Notes: generated by a model from the sequence alone, not told the origin. A stretch of DNA of 64,000 bases from Arcobacteraceae bacterium (GCA_965224485.1 CBDCZH010000007.1:45152-109151), one strand, 5' to 3'. Counted from the first letter of the stretch, positions 20,067-30,980 are shown. Numbers and translations are program-made.

Positions 20067-21329
20067 CTATTTTCGCCTAGTATTTTGCCGAATAGATATA
20101 ATCAACTGATAAATCAAATATGCAATTATTATTTTAAAAAGTAGTTTGCCTAAATCAAGATTATTCCAATTTGTTAGATTTAAATTTTCAAATAAATTTG
20201 TACGATCATCAAATACTACTATTTTAGAAAAAAAGAAATATCCTAAAATTGTAAATAAAAGCATACTCCACTTCTTAATATATTTTTTAAAAAAGAACAT
20301 CAAATATGAAAAAGAAAAAAGTCCAATAATTGAAGTAAGTAATAAATCAATAATCTTAATAGATTCAGTATCTTTTGAAATGGCAGAATTTAAGAAACTG
20401 TATAAAAAAGTTAAATTTATTATCCAAAATAAAGCTAAAAGCCAGTCTTGTGAATGGTCAGAGCATAAACCATGAACTCTAAACACAAGCCACTCAGAAA
20501 AATTCTTACCTTTTTTTATATCAACGTTTAGCTCTTTTTCTCTTTCTCTCATTTCTAAAGCATAAAATTTATTTGCTTCAATAATATTATTTTGTTTTTC
20601 AAAAGAATCTTTAATTATTCTAGCAGTTTCTCTATCTAATTTTTCTACATCAATATCTAAAAAACTAACTTCCTTTTTAAAAAAAGTAGAATTAAATCTC
20701 AATTCATAAATTATAGTTCCACTTAATAGAATAGTTCCATTAAAATAAGTATGAAGAAATTGCATGTTTTTAAAAAACGTAGATTCTATAAAGGAAACAA
20801 TATTATAAAAATTTACATTATAAAGCATAAAATCACCTTTAACTTTAGTTGATTGAAATAAAAAAATATTTTTAAAGACTACATTAGAAAAATTTATATC
20901 TCCTTCAATAAGACACTTATCAAATGTAACTTTATTAGCAAGTGAGACATCTGATAAGTCAATATTATCTAAAAATATACAACTAATAAAATATATACTT
21001 TTATCTTCCTTTATATTAGAAAATGGTTTTAAGTTAAACAAAACATTTGAAATATATTCAGAAGGAAATATTATATTTATAAAATTATAACTATTAGTAT
21101 TTTTATTTACTTTAAGCAAGTTATCATCAACTGGTAATTTAGAATTATTATTAACATTTGAAATTAAAAACTCTATCTCTTCCCAAAATTTTGTCTGATT
21201 CGTTGCAGATTTAAACCAATTTTTCTTCCCGTGTGTAATGTTATACCAATCGTCTTTTTCACAATGTAAAATACATTTATAATTTTTATAAACTTCTATC
21301 TTACAATTTTCACAAGAACAAGTGGGCAT
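20067..21329 (-). CDS. Accessory membrane protein: Cys/His N-terminus, pentapeptide-like F-repeats, C-terminal TM bundle
   Basis: CSCENC...CILH; repeated xxFxxxxF units; ETARIIKDSFEKQNNIIEANKFYALEM; hydrophobic C-terminus; AGGAG RBS. Confidence 0.7.
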   Translation of the reverse strand: MPTCSCENCKIEVYKNYKCILHCEKDDWYNITHGKKNWFKSATNQTKFWEEIEFLISNVNNNSKLPVDDNLLKVNKNTNSYNFINIIFPSEYISNVLFNLKPFSNIKEDKSIYFISCIFLDNIDLSDVSLANKVTFDKCLIEGDINFSNVVFKNIFLFQSTKVKGDFMLYNVNFYNIVSFIESTFFKNMQFLHTYFNGTILLSGTIIYELRFNSTFFKKEVSFLDIDVEKLDRETARIIKDSFEKQNNIIEANKFYALEMREREKELNVDIKKGKNFSEWLVFRVHGLCSDHSQDWLLALFWIINLTFLYSFLNSAISKDTESIKIIDLLLTSIIGLFSFSYLMFFFKKYIKKWSMLLFTILGYFFFSKIVVFDDRTNLFENLNLTNWNNLDLGKLLFKIIIAYLIYQLIISIRQNTRRK

Positions 21330-21404
21330 TATTTCTCCTAAAGATTTATTAGTATTATTGTATTGAAATTATCTTTAAAAAAGTTATTTATATTATTTAG
21401 ATAT

Positions 21405-21553
21405 TTTAAGTGCTTAGAAAGTTTGAGATTTTGTGCAAAATCAAGGCGGAGTTTAAATTTCAAAACGGAGTGTACGCTTTAGTACATGAGTATTTTAAAT
21501 TTGAGCTCCAACGCAGAGTTTGCGCCAAAGCTCAAAGTTTATAAGTTCTTAAA
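21405..21553 (+). repeat. Dispersed structured hairpin element, copy 2
   Basis: CAAGGC (21442), GGAGTGTAC-gcttta-GTACATGA, AACGCAG (21510); 38-bp imperfect outer arms include the secF stop codon. Confidence 0.85.
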
Positions 21554-22520
21554 CGGTTCCTTGTTCATACATAGCTCTCATCTTATCTTTCTCTTTCTGT
21601 CTTTTCAACTTACCAGCCTCTTTAGCTCTAAAGTTACTCATAGAGAATCTTAATTGAACTAAAAATGAACTTGCTATAAAGATTGAAGAATAAGTTCCTA
21701 CAATAATTCCAACTAGCATAGTAAATGAGAATCCATGAATGATTTCACCACCGAATATAAACAGTGTGATAACAACAAAGAATGTTGTTAATGAAGTAAG
21801 AGTTGTTCTTGATAAAGTTTTACTAACTGATTCATTTACTACTTCTTCTAAATCAGTCTTTTTAGAGGTTTGAACACCCTCTCTAATTCTATCAAAAACA
21901 ATAATCGTATCATTTAAGGAGTATCCCAAAATAGTTAAAATTGCGGCTAAAATATCTAAGTTTACTTCTACTGAAAATAAAGCAATTGCTCCAAGTGCAA
22001 TAGTAATATCATGAACAAGTGCAAAAATCGAAGCAACTGCAAATCTCCACTCAAATCTAAAACTTACATAAATAAGAATTACTAACATAGATAAACCTAA
22101 AGCCATAAAACCTTTTTCTCTAAGCTCGCCACCTACTTTAGGTCCAACTATATCAACTCTTCTTACTTCAAAACTTCCAGTTTTATCTAAAACTCTTGAA
22201 ATTTCATCACCTAAATCAGAACTAAGATCAGTTGAACTACCTTTAATTCTAATAACTATTTCTTCTGGACTTCCAAACTCAGTTATTGTTGAGTTTTTAA
22301 ATTCTACTGTTTGATTTAAAATATTTCTTATCTTTTTTATAGGTGCAGCTTGTTCATATTTAACTTGAACAATTGTTCCACCTGCAAAATCAATGCCTAA
22401 ATTTAAACCTTTTGTAAAAAGTAAAACTATTGAAGCTATAACTAAAATTGCAGAGAATCCTAAAAAAGGAACTCTTTTTCCCATAAAATTGTATATTTTA
22501 TCTGCTTTAAAAATTTCCAT
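21549..22520 (-). CDS. secF: Protein translocase subunit SecF
   Basis: GLNLGIDFAGG and GYSLNDTIIVFDRIRE; ATG at 22520 preferred over the track start at 22538. Confidence 0.96.
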   Translation of the reverse strand: MEIFKADKIYNFMGKRVPFLGFSAILVIASIVLLFTKGLNLGIDFAGGTIVQVKYEQAAPIKKIRNILNQTVEFKNSTITEFGSPEEIVIRIKGSSTDLSSDLGDEISRVLDKTGSFEVRRVDIVGPKVGGELREKGFMALGLSMLVILIYVSFRFEWRFAVASIFALVHDITIALGAIALFSVEVNLDILAAILTILGYSLNDTIIVFDRIREGVQTSKKTDLEEVVNESVSKTLSRTTLTSLTTFFVVITLFIFGGEIIHGFSFTMLVGIIVGTYSSIFIASSFLVQLRFSMSNFRAKEAGKLKRQKEKDKMRAMYEQGTV

Positions 22521-22522
22521 AA

Positions 22523-24088
22523 TTAAATACCAAACCATTTTTTTAAATTTTTATCTTTTGTAATTTTACCTAATAAGGCCTCATAAATTCCATGTGTTCC
22601 TAAAATAGCAGTTAACATTGAAGCTAAAATACCAATTGAAATAGTAACTGCAAAACCTTTAATAGGTCCAGTTCCATAAGCATATAAAATAACAGCAACT
22701 AAAAGTGTTGTTATATTTGCATCTAAGATTGCTCTCATTGCATTTGAATATCCATCTTCAATAGCTTTAGCAATGGAAGAACCACCTTTTAATAACTCTC
22801 TAATTCGCTCACTTATAATAACATTCGCATCAACGGCCATACCAACGGTTAAAACAATACCTGCCATTCCTGGAAGGGTTAAAGTAGCCCCAAACATAGC
22901 CATAACTGCAATTATTATAAAAATATTTGTAACAAGTGCTATATTTGCAATAACTCCTGCATATCTGTAATAAACAATCATAAATATGAATACTAAAATA
23001 AATCCTAAAATTAAAGCTAACATAGAAGCTTTAATAGAATCAGCACCTAAAGACGGACCTACTGATCTTTTCTCTAACATTTTTACACTAGCTGGAAGAG
23101 CACCTGAACGCAAGGCAATTGCAACATTTCCTGCTTCAATTAAAGTAAAACCACCAGAAATTTGACCACTTCCTCCACCAATTCTCTCTCTAATATTTGG
23201 AGCTGAATAAACTTTTCCATCTAAAACGACAGCTAATCTTTTTCCTATACTTTTTGAAGTAAAATCTCCAAAAATTCTAGCTCCACTTGAATTCAGTTTA
23301 AAGTTAATTATAGGTTGATTTGCTGTATCAAAAGCAACTTGCGCATCAATAATTTGAGAACCATTTAAAATAGGTATCTCTTTTACTAAATATTTTTTTA
23401 AAGGATCTTTAGAATCATTTAAAATCACATCTCCATAAGAAGATGCTTCACTTGCACTTAAAGTATATACTTGATCTGATCTATCTTCATCAATTGCCAT
23501 TAACTCTAGGTGAGCTGGTTTTGATATAAGCTCTCTTGCTGCTTTTTCATCTGCCCCTGTTTTAATACCAGGTAATTCAACAACAATATCTTCAGCACCT
23601 TGTCTTACAACAGTAGGTTCTGATAGACCAAATTGATCAAGTCTATTTCTAATAGTTTCAACAGCTTGTGAAACTGCTAAATCTTTAGTTTTTGCTATAT
23701 CTTCTACAGTTAAACTTAGTTTATATGCTAAATCAGCATCTTTTCTTATAATAAGACCTTTGATTTTTTCTAACATTTCATCAACTTTAGAAACTTCATC
23801 TGGATCTAGAACAATAAATGACACACTTGTCTCATCAAAAGTTAAATCTTCTATTAAAATATCATCATCATCTGTAAAATATTTTATTGAAGTAGCTAAA
23901 GTTTTTAGTTTTGCACTAACTGCTTCATGTGTATTAACACCTAAAAGCATATGAAGTCCACCTTGTAAGTCAAGACCTAAGTTTATTTTTTTTCCTGTAT
24001 CAGTTTGTAAAAAAGAAGGCATAGCAAAAACCAAGCCAAAAATTATACTAAGTGTAAATATTATAAATCTATAATTAAAGATTTTCAA
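22523..24088 (-). CDS. secD: Protein translocase subunit SecD
   Basis: LGLDLQGG and GMAVDANVII; TTG start with AAGGA RBS. Confidence 0.97.
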   Translation of the reverse strand: MKIFNYRFIIFTLSIIFGLVFAMPSFLQTDTGKKINLGLDLQGGLHMLLGVNTHEAVSAKLKTLATSIKYFTDDDDILIEDLTFDETSVSFIVLDPDEVSKVDEMLEKIKGLIIRKDADLAYKLSLTVEDIAKTKDLAVSQAVETIRNRLDQFGLSEPTVVRQGAEDIVVELPGIKTGADEKAARELISKPAHLELMAIDEDRSDQVYTLSASEASSYGDVILNDSKDPLKKYLVKEIPILNGSQIIDAQVAFDTANQPIINFKLNSSGARIFGDFTSKSIGKRLAVVLDGKVYSAPNIRERIGGGSGQISGGFTLIEAGNVAIALRSGALPASVKMLEKRSVGPSLGADSIKASMLALILGFILVFIFMIVYYRYAGVIANIALVTNIFIIIAVMAMFGATLTLPGMAGIVLTVGMAVDANVIISERIRELLKGGSSIAKAIEDGYSNAMRAILDANITTLLVAVILYAYGTGPIKGFAVTISIGILASMLTAILGTHGIYEALLGKITKDKNLKKWFGI

Positions 24089-24148
24089 ATCTTATTCCTT
24101 AAAAAAATTTAGTTTATACTAAAAAGTTTTTTAGTATGTAATAGGAAA

Positions 24149-24179
24149 TTAAAACATGTAAGAAACTTACATGCTTTAA
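24149..24179 (-). terminator. Hairpin directly after yajC (terminator or mRNA-stability element)
   Basis: CATGTAAG-aaa-CTTACATG stem; a second hairpin ATACTAAAAA/TTTTTAGTAT at 24116-24137. Confidence 0.5.
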
Positions 24180-24180
24180 C

Positions 24181-24450
24181 TTAGTCTAGTTTTTTCGCAA
24201 CAAATTCTTTTGCAAGTTTCATTTCTGAGTTATCAGAATTTTTTACTGCAAAACAATCTTCTTCTACTTTAATTATTTCAACGATTAAGCCACCATTAGA
24301 TACAATTTTGTCACCTTTTTTTAAGTTAGCAACCATCTCTTTGTGAGTTTTAGCTTGTTTTTGCTGTGGTCTAATAATTAAAAAGTAAAATATTGCAAAT
24401 AATGCAACCAGAGGTAGTAATGAGCTTAATAAATCTCCACTTTGTCCCAT
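24181..24450 (-). CDS. yajC: Preprotein translocase subunit YajC
   Basis: FYFLIIRPQQK...LKKGDKIV; upstream of secDF. Confidence 0.95.
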   Translation of the reverse strand: MGQSGDLLSSLLPLVALFAIFYFLIIRPQQKQAKTHKEMVANLKKGDKIVSNGGLIVEIIKVEEDCFAVKNSDNSEMKLAKEFVAKKLD

Positions 24451-24472
24451 ATCATTTCCTTTTTGAGTTTAT

Positions 24473-25702
24473 ATGTTTTTATTAAAACGCGTATATTTTA
24501 ACAAAATCTTGATAATAAAAGGCTTGATAACTGCAATATTATTTTCATCCTCTATTTATTTATCATATTTTGATATTGAAGTTAAGTTAGTAAATACAAT
24601 TTTAGCTATTTTTTCACTTTATTTACTGCTTACTATCCCTAGGATATCCCTATTCTACTCTGGTTTTTTCATTGGAATATTTTTATTTTACTGGATTAGT
24701 TTTTCTTTTATATTTTATGACTTAAACTATTTAATTCCACTTGTAATTCTAAGTCTTGCTATATTTTATGGCTTTTTCTTTTTATCTATCTCTATTTTTA
24801 ATAATATTTATGCAAAGATTATATCTTTATTTATTTTATCTTTTATAGAACCTTTTTCTTTTAACTGGTTAAAGTTTGAACTTTTATTTGTCAATTCTTA
24901 TTTAGATATTACTAAAATATCTTTTGCTTTAGTTTTACTCTCAATTCTGTTATTAGTTAAAAATAAAAAAATATTATTCTTTTTTCCTATATTACTCACA
25001 TATTTTATTACTGTTCCAAATACCGTAAATCAAAGTTCTTTAAAAATTTATCTTCCTGAATACTCTTTTACTCAAGATTTCAAATGGAATAAAAATAATT
25101 TAGATGAAATAATAGCTACAAATCTAAAACAAATTGATTTTGCTATTAAAAATTCTTATGAAGTTGTTGTTTTACCGGAAACTACTTTTCCTATTTTATT
25201 AAATACAAATAAAAAAATCATGAATATTTTATTTAAGAAATCAAAAGAAATAACTATAATTACAGGTGCTTTATTTTATGAAAATAAAGAATATAGAAAC
25301 TCTACTTATATCTTTTCAAAAGGTAAACTACAAGTTGCCCATAAGGTTGTTTTAGTTCCTTTTGGTGAAGCAATTCCCCTTCCTGAAATTCTTAAAAATT
25401 TAATAAACAATACTTTTTACAATGGTGCAAAAGATTATGTTAAAGCAAAAAAAGCAAGTGATTTTACGATAAATAATGTAACATTTAGAAATGCAATTTG
25501 TTATGAAGCAACAACAGATAAAATATATGAAGATTTAAATGAAGTAAAATATGTAATAGCAAGTTCAAATAATGCTTGGTTTACACCTTCTATTGAACCA
25601 GTTTTTCAAAAACTACTTATGAAATATTATGCTAAAAAATATGATTTGATAATTTATCATACAGCAAATGGAAGTAAGAATGAGGTAATTACACCCTATT
25701 AA
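24473..25702 (+). CDS. lnt: Apolipoprotein N-acyltransferase
   Basis: TM N-terminus; nitrilase triad motifs LPET, KVVLVPFGE and ICYE; SNNAWF. Confidence 0.92.
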   Translation: MFLLKRVYFNKILIIKGLITAILFSSSIYLSYFDIEVKLVNTILAIFSLYLLLTIPRISLFYSGFFIGIFLFYWISFSFIFYDLNYLIPLVILSLAIFYGFFFLSISIFNNIYAKIISLFILSFIEPFSFNWLKFELLFVNSYLDITKISFALVLLSILLLVKNKKILFFFPILLTYFITVPNTVNQSSLKIYLPEYSFTQDFKWNKNNLDEIIATNLKQIDFAIKNSYEVVVLPETTFPILLNTNKKIMNILFKKSKEITIITGALFYENKEYRNSTYIFSKGKLQVAHKVVLVPFGEAIPLPEILKNLINNTFYNGAKDYVKAKKASDFTINNVTFRNAICYEATTDKIYEDLNEVKYVIASSNNAWFTPSIEPVFQKLLMKYYAKKYDLIIYHTANGSKNEVITPY

Positions 25703-27092
25703 AATGTTTTTTTATTTCTTCTAAAATCTCATTTTTATCTTTACTTTCATCAATTTGTAAATTATAAGCAAATTCTAAAATAGTTTTGAACTCTTTTCCA
25801 GCTTTAAATCCTAAAAACAAAAGGTCTCTTCCTTGTACAAGATTTTTTTCTGCTACATTATGAACTTCTAATTTTTTAGCCTCTTCTAAGAGATATTTTA
25901 TAGCTTGTGGGCATTTTTCTTTATCTTTTATATCTCTTCCTAAACAATCAGCCAAACATACCTTACATAAATCCTCAATATTTACCTTAGTAGCTAATCT
26001 TTTAATAGCTTTAGAACTTGGATTAGAAAGGAAGAACGCAAATGGAATGAGATGATATTTAACTAAAGTGCAAACTTCATCACATAGTTTTTTATCATCA
26101 CATAATTTATCTAAAAAACTTTTTGTAGGTTCTAGACCTAAAGATTCGTGTTTATAAGAAGTTATTCTTCCTTTTATCTCTTTAGTACAATAAGGTTTAC
26201 CTAAATCATGACAAAGAATAGCTAACATTAAAAGTAGATTTTTTTTCTCATCTTTTGTTCTTAGTTTTGCCATTTCATCTAAGCTAAGAAGGGTATGAAT
26301 CCAAACATCACCTTCTGGGTGATAAATCTTATCTTGCTTGCAAGAAACCAGTGCTTTTAATTCTGTAAAATACTCTAAAAGTCCAAACTCTCTTAAATAT
26401 TTAAAAGCAATAGATGGTTTTTTTGCTTTTAATAAAAACTTTTTAAACTCTTCAAAGATTCTCTCTTTTGCTAAAGTTTTTAATTCACCACCTTTAACCA
26501 TTTCAATACAAAGTTCTTTTGTTTTAAAATCTATCGTAAAATCAAATCTAGCTAAAAATCCAATTGCCCTATATACTCGTAAAGGATCTTCTTTAAAAGA
26601 GTCTATATTTATATATTTTAGTTTCTTATCTTTTATATCTTGCAAACCATTAAAGGGATCTAAAAAATCTTTTGTTTTAAAATCATAAGCAATAGAGTTT
26701 ATAGTAAAATCTCTTCTACTAGCAGCTTGTTTATAATCCAAAGAAGCATCACTAATAATTTCAAACCCCTTATGTCCAGAAGATATTTTTTTTTCAATTC
26801 TAGGAAGGGCAAAATCATATTCATCATTTTTTGTAAGTAATTTTAAAACTCCAAAAGATTTTCCAACAAGTTTAATCTCACCGAAGTCTTTTAAATATGA
26901 AGTAAGGGTATTGAAGTCTTTGATATCAAATACTTCAATATCATAATCTTTTATTTGATTTTTTAAGAAGTGGTCACGAACACAACCACCTACAAGTAAA
27001 GGTCTAGCACCCCTAACTTGTAAATGATTTAATATTTTTACTAATTCAGTAGATAAATTAATACTATTTTTCTTCTTTATATATATGTACAT
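25689..27092 (-). CDS. cca: CCA tRNA nucleotidyltransferase with HD domain (start uncertain)
   Basis: VGGCVRD, DYDIE, RRDFTIN, EDPLR, HPEGDVWIHT and HDLGK. Confidence 0.9.
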   Translation of the reverse strand: MYIYIKKKNSINLSTELVKILNHLQVRGARPLLVGGCVRDHFLKNQIKDYDIEVFDIKDFNTLTSYLKDFGEIKLVGKSFGVLKLLTKNDEYDFALPRIEKKISSGHKGFEIISDASLDYKQAASRRDFTINSIAYDFKTKDFLDPFNGLQDIKDKKLKYINIDSFKEDPLRVYRAIGFLARFDFTIDFKTKELCIEMVKGGELKTLAKERIFEEFKKFLLKAKKPSIAFKYLREFGLLEYFTELKALVSCKQDKIYHPEGDVWIHTLLSLDEMAKLRTKDEKKNLLLMLAILCHDLGKPYCTKEIKGRITSYKHESLGLEPTKSFLDKLCDDKKLCDEVCTLVKYHLIPFAFFLSNPSSKAIKRLATKVNIEDLCKVCLADCLGRDIKDKEKCPQAIKYLLEEAKKLEVHNVAEKNLVQGRDLLFLGFKAGKEFKTILEFAYNLQIDESKDKNEILEEIKKHFNRV

Positions 27093-27873
27093 CTGTTTGA
27101 GGATAAGGAATTGAGATACCTTCTTCATCAAAAGTAATTTTAATACTCTCAGTTAAATCAAATTTAACTTCCCAATAATCAGGTGTATTAACCCAAGCTT
27201 TAACAACAAAGTTAACTGAGCTCTCAGCTAATTCTGAAACGGCTACTGTTATACCTTCTTCTATTAGTACTTTTTCATGAGCATTAACAATTTTATTTAA
27301 TACATTTTTAGCTTTTTTAATATCATCATCATAACCAATACCAATAATTAAATCTACTCTTCTTTTATCATGAGCATTAATATTTGTAATAGCTGCACTT
27401 GTAATAGCAGAATTCGGAACTAATACTTTTTGATTATCTGGTGTTGTAAACTCTGTATTAAATAGATGAATTTCTGTAATCTTACCAGTAACTCCTGCTG
27501 CATTTACAATATCTCCTATTTTAAAAGGTTTAAAGAATACTAATAAAACACCAGATGCAAAGTTAGATAATGAATCTTTTAGAGCTAAACCAATTGCTAA
27601 ACCAGCAGCTCCAAGTATTGCTAAAAATGAAGTTGTATTTACTCCAACTTGCTCTAATGCAGCTAAAATAACAATTACTAAAAGAACATAATAAATTAAA
27701 TCATCAAAAAAGTTAATTAAAGTTTGATCTATTTTTTCATTTTTTGCCACTACTTTAATAATTAGATTAACAACTTTTCTTGCTACGAATTTACCAACTA
27801 CAAATATAACAATAGCTATTGCAATATTGAGTGTATGTAAACTAATTAAATCTGAGATACTATCTACATTCAT
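27064..27873 (-). CDS. mscS: Small-conductance mechanosensitive channel
   Basis: LGAAGLAIGLALKDSLSNFASG and IPYPQ. Confidence 0.93.
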   Translation of the reverse strand: MNVDSISDLISLHTLNIAIAIVIFVVGKFVARKVVNLIIKVVAKNEKIDQTLINFFDDLIYYVLLVIVILAALEQVGVNTTSFLAILGAAGLAIGLALKDSLSNFASGVLLVFFKPFKIGDIVNAAGVTGKITEIHLFNTEFTTPDNQKVLVPNSAITSAAITNINAHDKRRVDLIIGIGYDDDIKKAKNVLNKIVNAHEKVLIEEGITVAVSELAESSVNFVVKAWVNTPDYWEVKFDLTESIKITFDEEGISIPYPQTDVHIYKEEK

Positions 27874-27950
27874 TTTATTTCCTAATATAAATTTTTTCAG
27901 AAGTATATCTTATTACTCTTATTTTAAGATAATAAAATATATTATTTAAA

Positions 27951-29672
27951 CTATTTTAATAAGTCTTTTAACTTCATAGAAACTTCATCTATTTTCACAT
28001 CAGTTTTTTCACCAGATTTTCTATTTATGATTTCAACTATTCCTTCTTGTAGTTTTTTTCCAACAACAACAGCATAAGGAAAACCTAAAAGTTCAAAATC
28101 TCCCATCTTAAAACCAAATCTCTCTTTTACTCTATCATCAATAATAGTAGAAATTCCATTTTGCTTTAACTCTTCATATATTTTAAGACCAGCATTTAGC
28201 TCATCTTCTTTTTTAGCACTTGATACTATAACCTCAACTAAAAAAGGACTTGTTTCTCTTGTCCACAAACAACCCTTATCATCATGGTTTTGCTCAATTA
28301 CAGCAGCAACTAATCTAGATACTCCAATTCCATAACATCCCATAATAAAAGGCTGTGGTTTCCCATTTTCATCTAAAAACTTTGCATCCATTGCAGATGA
28401 GTATTTATCACCTAATTGGAAAATATGTCCAGCTTCTATTCCTTTTTTATGCTGTAATACACCTGCACAACAAGAACATAGGTCACCTTCATGAACAGAA
28501 ATCAAATCTACATATTTAGCATCTTTTAAAGAAGCTAAATCTGTATTAATAAAATGATAATCTATTTCATTAGCACCACAAGATAAACCAAGCTCATTTT
28601 CTAATTCACTGTCTAAGAAATAAGTAATATCTTTTGGTAAATCAAATGGCCCACAATATCCAGCACATAAACCTACTTCTTTTATTTCTTCTTCATTCGC
28701 ATCGCTTAATTCTAAAGCAGCAACAGCATTAAGTGCTTTTGTTTCTTCTAAGGTATCATCACCTCTTACAAAGAAAACAATAATTTCACTTCTATCTTCA
28801 TATAAAGCTTTTTTTATAACAGCTTTGATACTTTGTGCCTTGCTTATACTTAAGAAGTTAGCTACATCTTCTATGGTTTTCATATCTTTAGTAAGAACTT
28901 TTTCTTGTATACTTGTACTATTTGTATTTTCAAACCAAGCGTTAAAATGTCTTTTCTTTCTTACTGCTGCTTCTATATTAGCACCATATTCACAATCAGG
29001 ACAAATAACAATAGTATCTTCACCAGAATTTGCAATTACCATAAACTCTTTAGAACCACTTCCACCAATAGCACCACTATCTGCTTGAACAACTCTAAAA
29101 TCTAAACCTAATCTAGTATATATTTTTTTATATGTTTCTTCCATTACCTTAAATTCTCTAACTAAATCTTCTTGTGATGAATGAAAAGAATAAGCATCTT
29201 TCATTAGAAACTCTCTACCTCTCATAAGTCCAAATCTAGGTCTTGCTTCATCTCTGAATTTTGTATAAATTTGATAAAGATTAATAGGTAAGTCTTTATA
29301 AGATTTGATTCTATTTTTTACTAAATCAACTACTGTTTCTTCATTAGTAGGACTTAAAACATATCCTGTATTTTTTCTATCTTTAAACTTAAGAAGTTCA
29401 CTTCCCATAGTTGAAGCACGACCAGATTGTTCCCATAAACTTAAAGGTGTAACAAAACCAAATTGAACTTCATTTGCTCCTGAATTATCCATCTCTTCTT
29501 TTACAATAGCTCGTATTTTATCAAGTACAATTTTTCCAAGTGGTAAATAGTTATAAATACCAGAACCTACTTGATTTATAAAACCACCTCTTACTAAATA
29601 CTGATGAGAAGCTAAAGTAGCATCTTTTGGTGCTTCTTTTGTAGTTGGTATAAACATTCTTGAGAATTTCAT
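27951..29672 (-). CDS. proS: Proline--tRNA ligase
   Basis: PTNEE, FRDEARPRFGLMRGREFLMKDAYSF and GCYGIGVSR. Confidence 0.98.
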   Translation of the reverse strand: MKFSRMFIPTTKEAPKDATLASHQYLVRGGFINQVGSGIYNYLPLGKIVLDKIRAIVKEEMDNSGANEVQFGFVTPLSLWEQSGRASTMGSELLKFKDRKNTGYVLSPTNEETVVDLVKNRIKSYKDLPINLYQIYTKFRDEARPRFGLMRGREFLMKDAYSFHSSQEDLVREFKVMEETYKKIYTRLGLDFRVVQADSGAIGGSGSKEFMVIANSGEDTIVICPDCEYGANIEAAVRKKRHFNAWFENTNSTSIQEKVLTKDMKTIEDVANFLSISKAQSIKAVIKKALYEDRSEIIVFFVRGDDTLEETKALNAVAALELSDANEEEIKEVGLCAGYCGPFDLPKDITYFLDSELENELGLSCGANEIDYHFINTDLASLKDAKYVDLISVHEGDLCSCCAGVLQHKKGIEAGHIFQLGDKYSSAMDAKFLDENGKPQPFIMGCYGIGVSRLVAAVIEQNHDDKGCLWTRETSPFLVEVIVSSAKKEDELNAGLKIYEELKQNGISTIIDDRVKERFGFKMGDFELLGFPYAVVVGKKLQEGIVEIINRKSGEKTDVKIDEVSMKLKDLLK

Positions 29673-29683
29673 TAAATTGTATC

Positions 29684-30979
29684 CTAGTTATTAAATTTTA
29701 TTGCGTGTTCGCAATCATGTACTGTGTTTGCATCACTTTCAAGTCCAAATATATTTTGAACTGTTCCTAAAACCATATCACACTCCATATGTTTTGAGAT
29801 AGATTTTAACTGTGTTGTTGGTTGATGTAAGAATTCACTTAAAATAGTTTCGCAAAGTTTTTTGATATTATCTTTATCATCAGCTCTAATAAAACCTTTT
29901 TTTATTGCTTTTGTAACTTTTTTATCTATTACACTATTAGCTTTTAAATATAAATGTTTTACTACTGGTTCTACTTCTAAAGTTTTTAACCAATCAAAAA
30001 ATTCGCCTGATTCTTTATTTACTATTAAATAAGCTTGTTTTGCTTGTTTTGCTCGTAAACTCATATTATCATCAACTATATCTTGTAAATCATCAACTGC
30101 AAAAACTTGTAAGTTATTTATCTTAATTGTAGCTATATCTCTTGGAACTGCTATATCAAACCAATATCTTGAAAAACTACACTCTTTTACCATATCTTGC
30201 GTAATTATAGGATAAGGAGCAGAAGTTGCTGTAAACATAAAAGGAATTTCATTTAATAGTTGGTTTATATTCTCATATGGTTGAACATCAATATGCTGGG
30301 AATAAGTATCAACTAATAATCTTGCTTTTTTAATATCTCTACTTACTAAAATCACTTCAAATTTTGCAGATAAAAGATGTTTAATAGTAAGTGCACTCAT
30401 TTCTCCTGCACCTACAACAAGAGCTTTTATTCCCTTTTGGGATTTTACTAAACTTTTAGCTTTAGCCACTGCTGTTGAAGCAACTGAAACAGATCCTGTT
30501 CCTAAACTTGTTGCATTTCTAACTCTTGCGGCACATTTAAAAGCATAATTCATAGATCTTGTAATTTTTTGATTACAATAACCTTTTGAAAGTGATAATC
30601 TATAAGCATCTTTAAGTTGACCTACTATTTGAGTTTCTCCAATAACTAAAGAATCTAAAGCAGACGAAACGGTAAAAAGATGATGAATAGCTCCTGTATT
30701 ATCATAAATATCAGCTCTTTCATGTAAAACTTCAAAATCAATTCCTGAATATTTAGCTAAAGCTTCTATTATAAATGTTTGAGCAATAATAATACTTGAA
30801 ACAGTACTCATAATTTCAACCCTATTACATGTTGAAAGAACTACTACTTCATTAATATGTGAGTGCTCATATAAGGTTTTTAAAAAAGTTTCAACTGCAC
30901 TTTCATCTGAAAAAGCAATTTTTTCTCTCATTTGTATATCTGTATTTTTATGCGTAAAACTAATACTTAAATAACTCAT
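29684..30979 (-). CDS. hemA: Glutamyl-tRNA reductase
   Basis: STCNRVE, GETQI, GAGEM and DIAVPRD. Confidence 0.97.
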   Translation of the reverse strand: MSYLSISFTHKNTDIQMREKIAFSDESAVETFLKTLYEHSHINEVVVLSTCNRVEIMSTVSSIIIAQTFIIEALAKYSGIDFEVLHERADIYDNTGAIHHLFTVSSALDSLVIGETQIVGQLKDAYRLSLSKGYCNQKITRSMNYAFKCAARVRNATSLGTGSVSVASTAVAKAKSLVKSQKGIKALVVGAGEMSALTIKHLLSAKFEVILVSRDIKKARLLVDTYSQHIDVQPYENINQLLNEIPFMFTATSAPYPIITQDMVKECSFSRYWFDIAVPRDIATIKINNLQVFAVDDLQDIVDDNMSLRAKQAKQAYLIVNKESGEFFDWLKTLEVEPVVKHLYLKANSVIDKKVTKAIKKGFIRADDKDNIKKLCETILSEFLHQPTTQLKSISKHMECDMVLGTVQNIFGLESDANTVHDCEHAIKFNN

Positions 30980-30980
30980 G

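Noticed and set aside
27064..27131. 68-nt overlap of cca with mscS
   Set aside because: Most likely the track chose the longest start; a later start shrinks the overlap.
18771..28843. Extra CAAGGC/GCCTTG hexamers inside leuS, secD and proS
   Set aside because: They lack the GGAG..TAC/GTA..TGA and AACGC motifs and lie in coding sequence, so they are chance matches.
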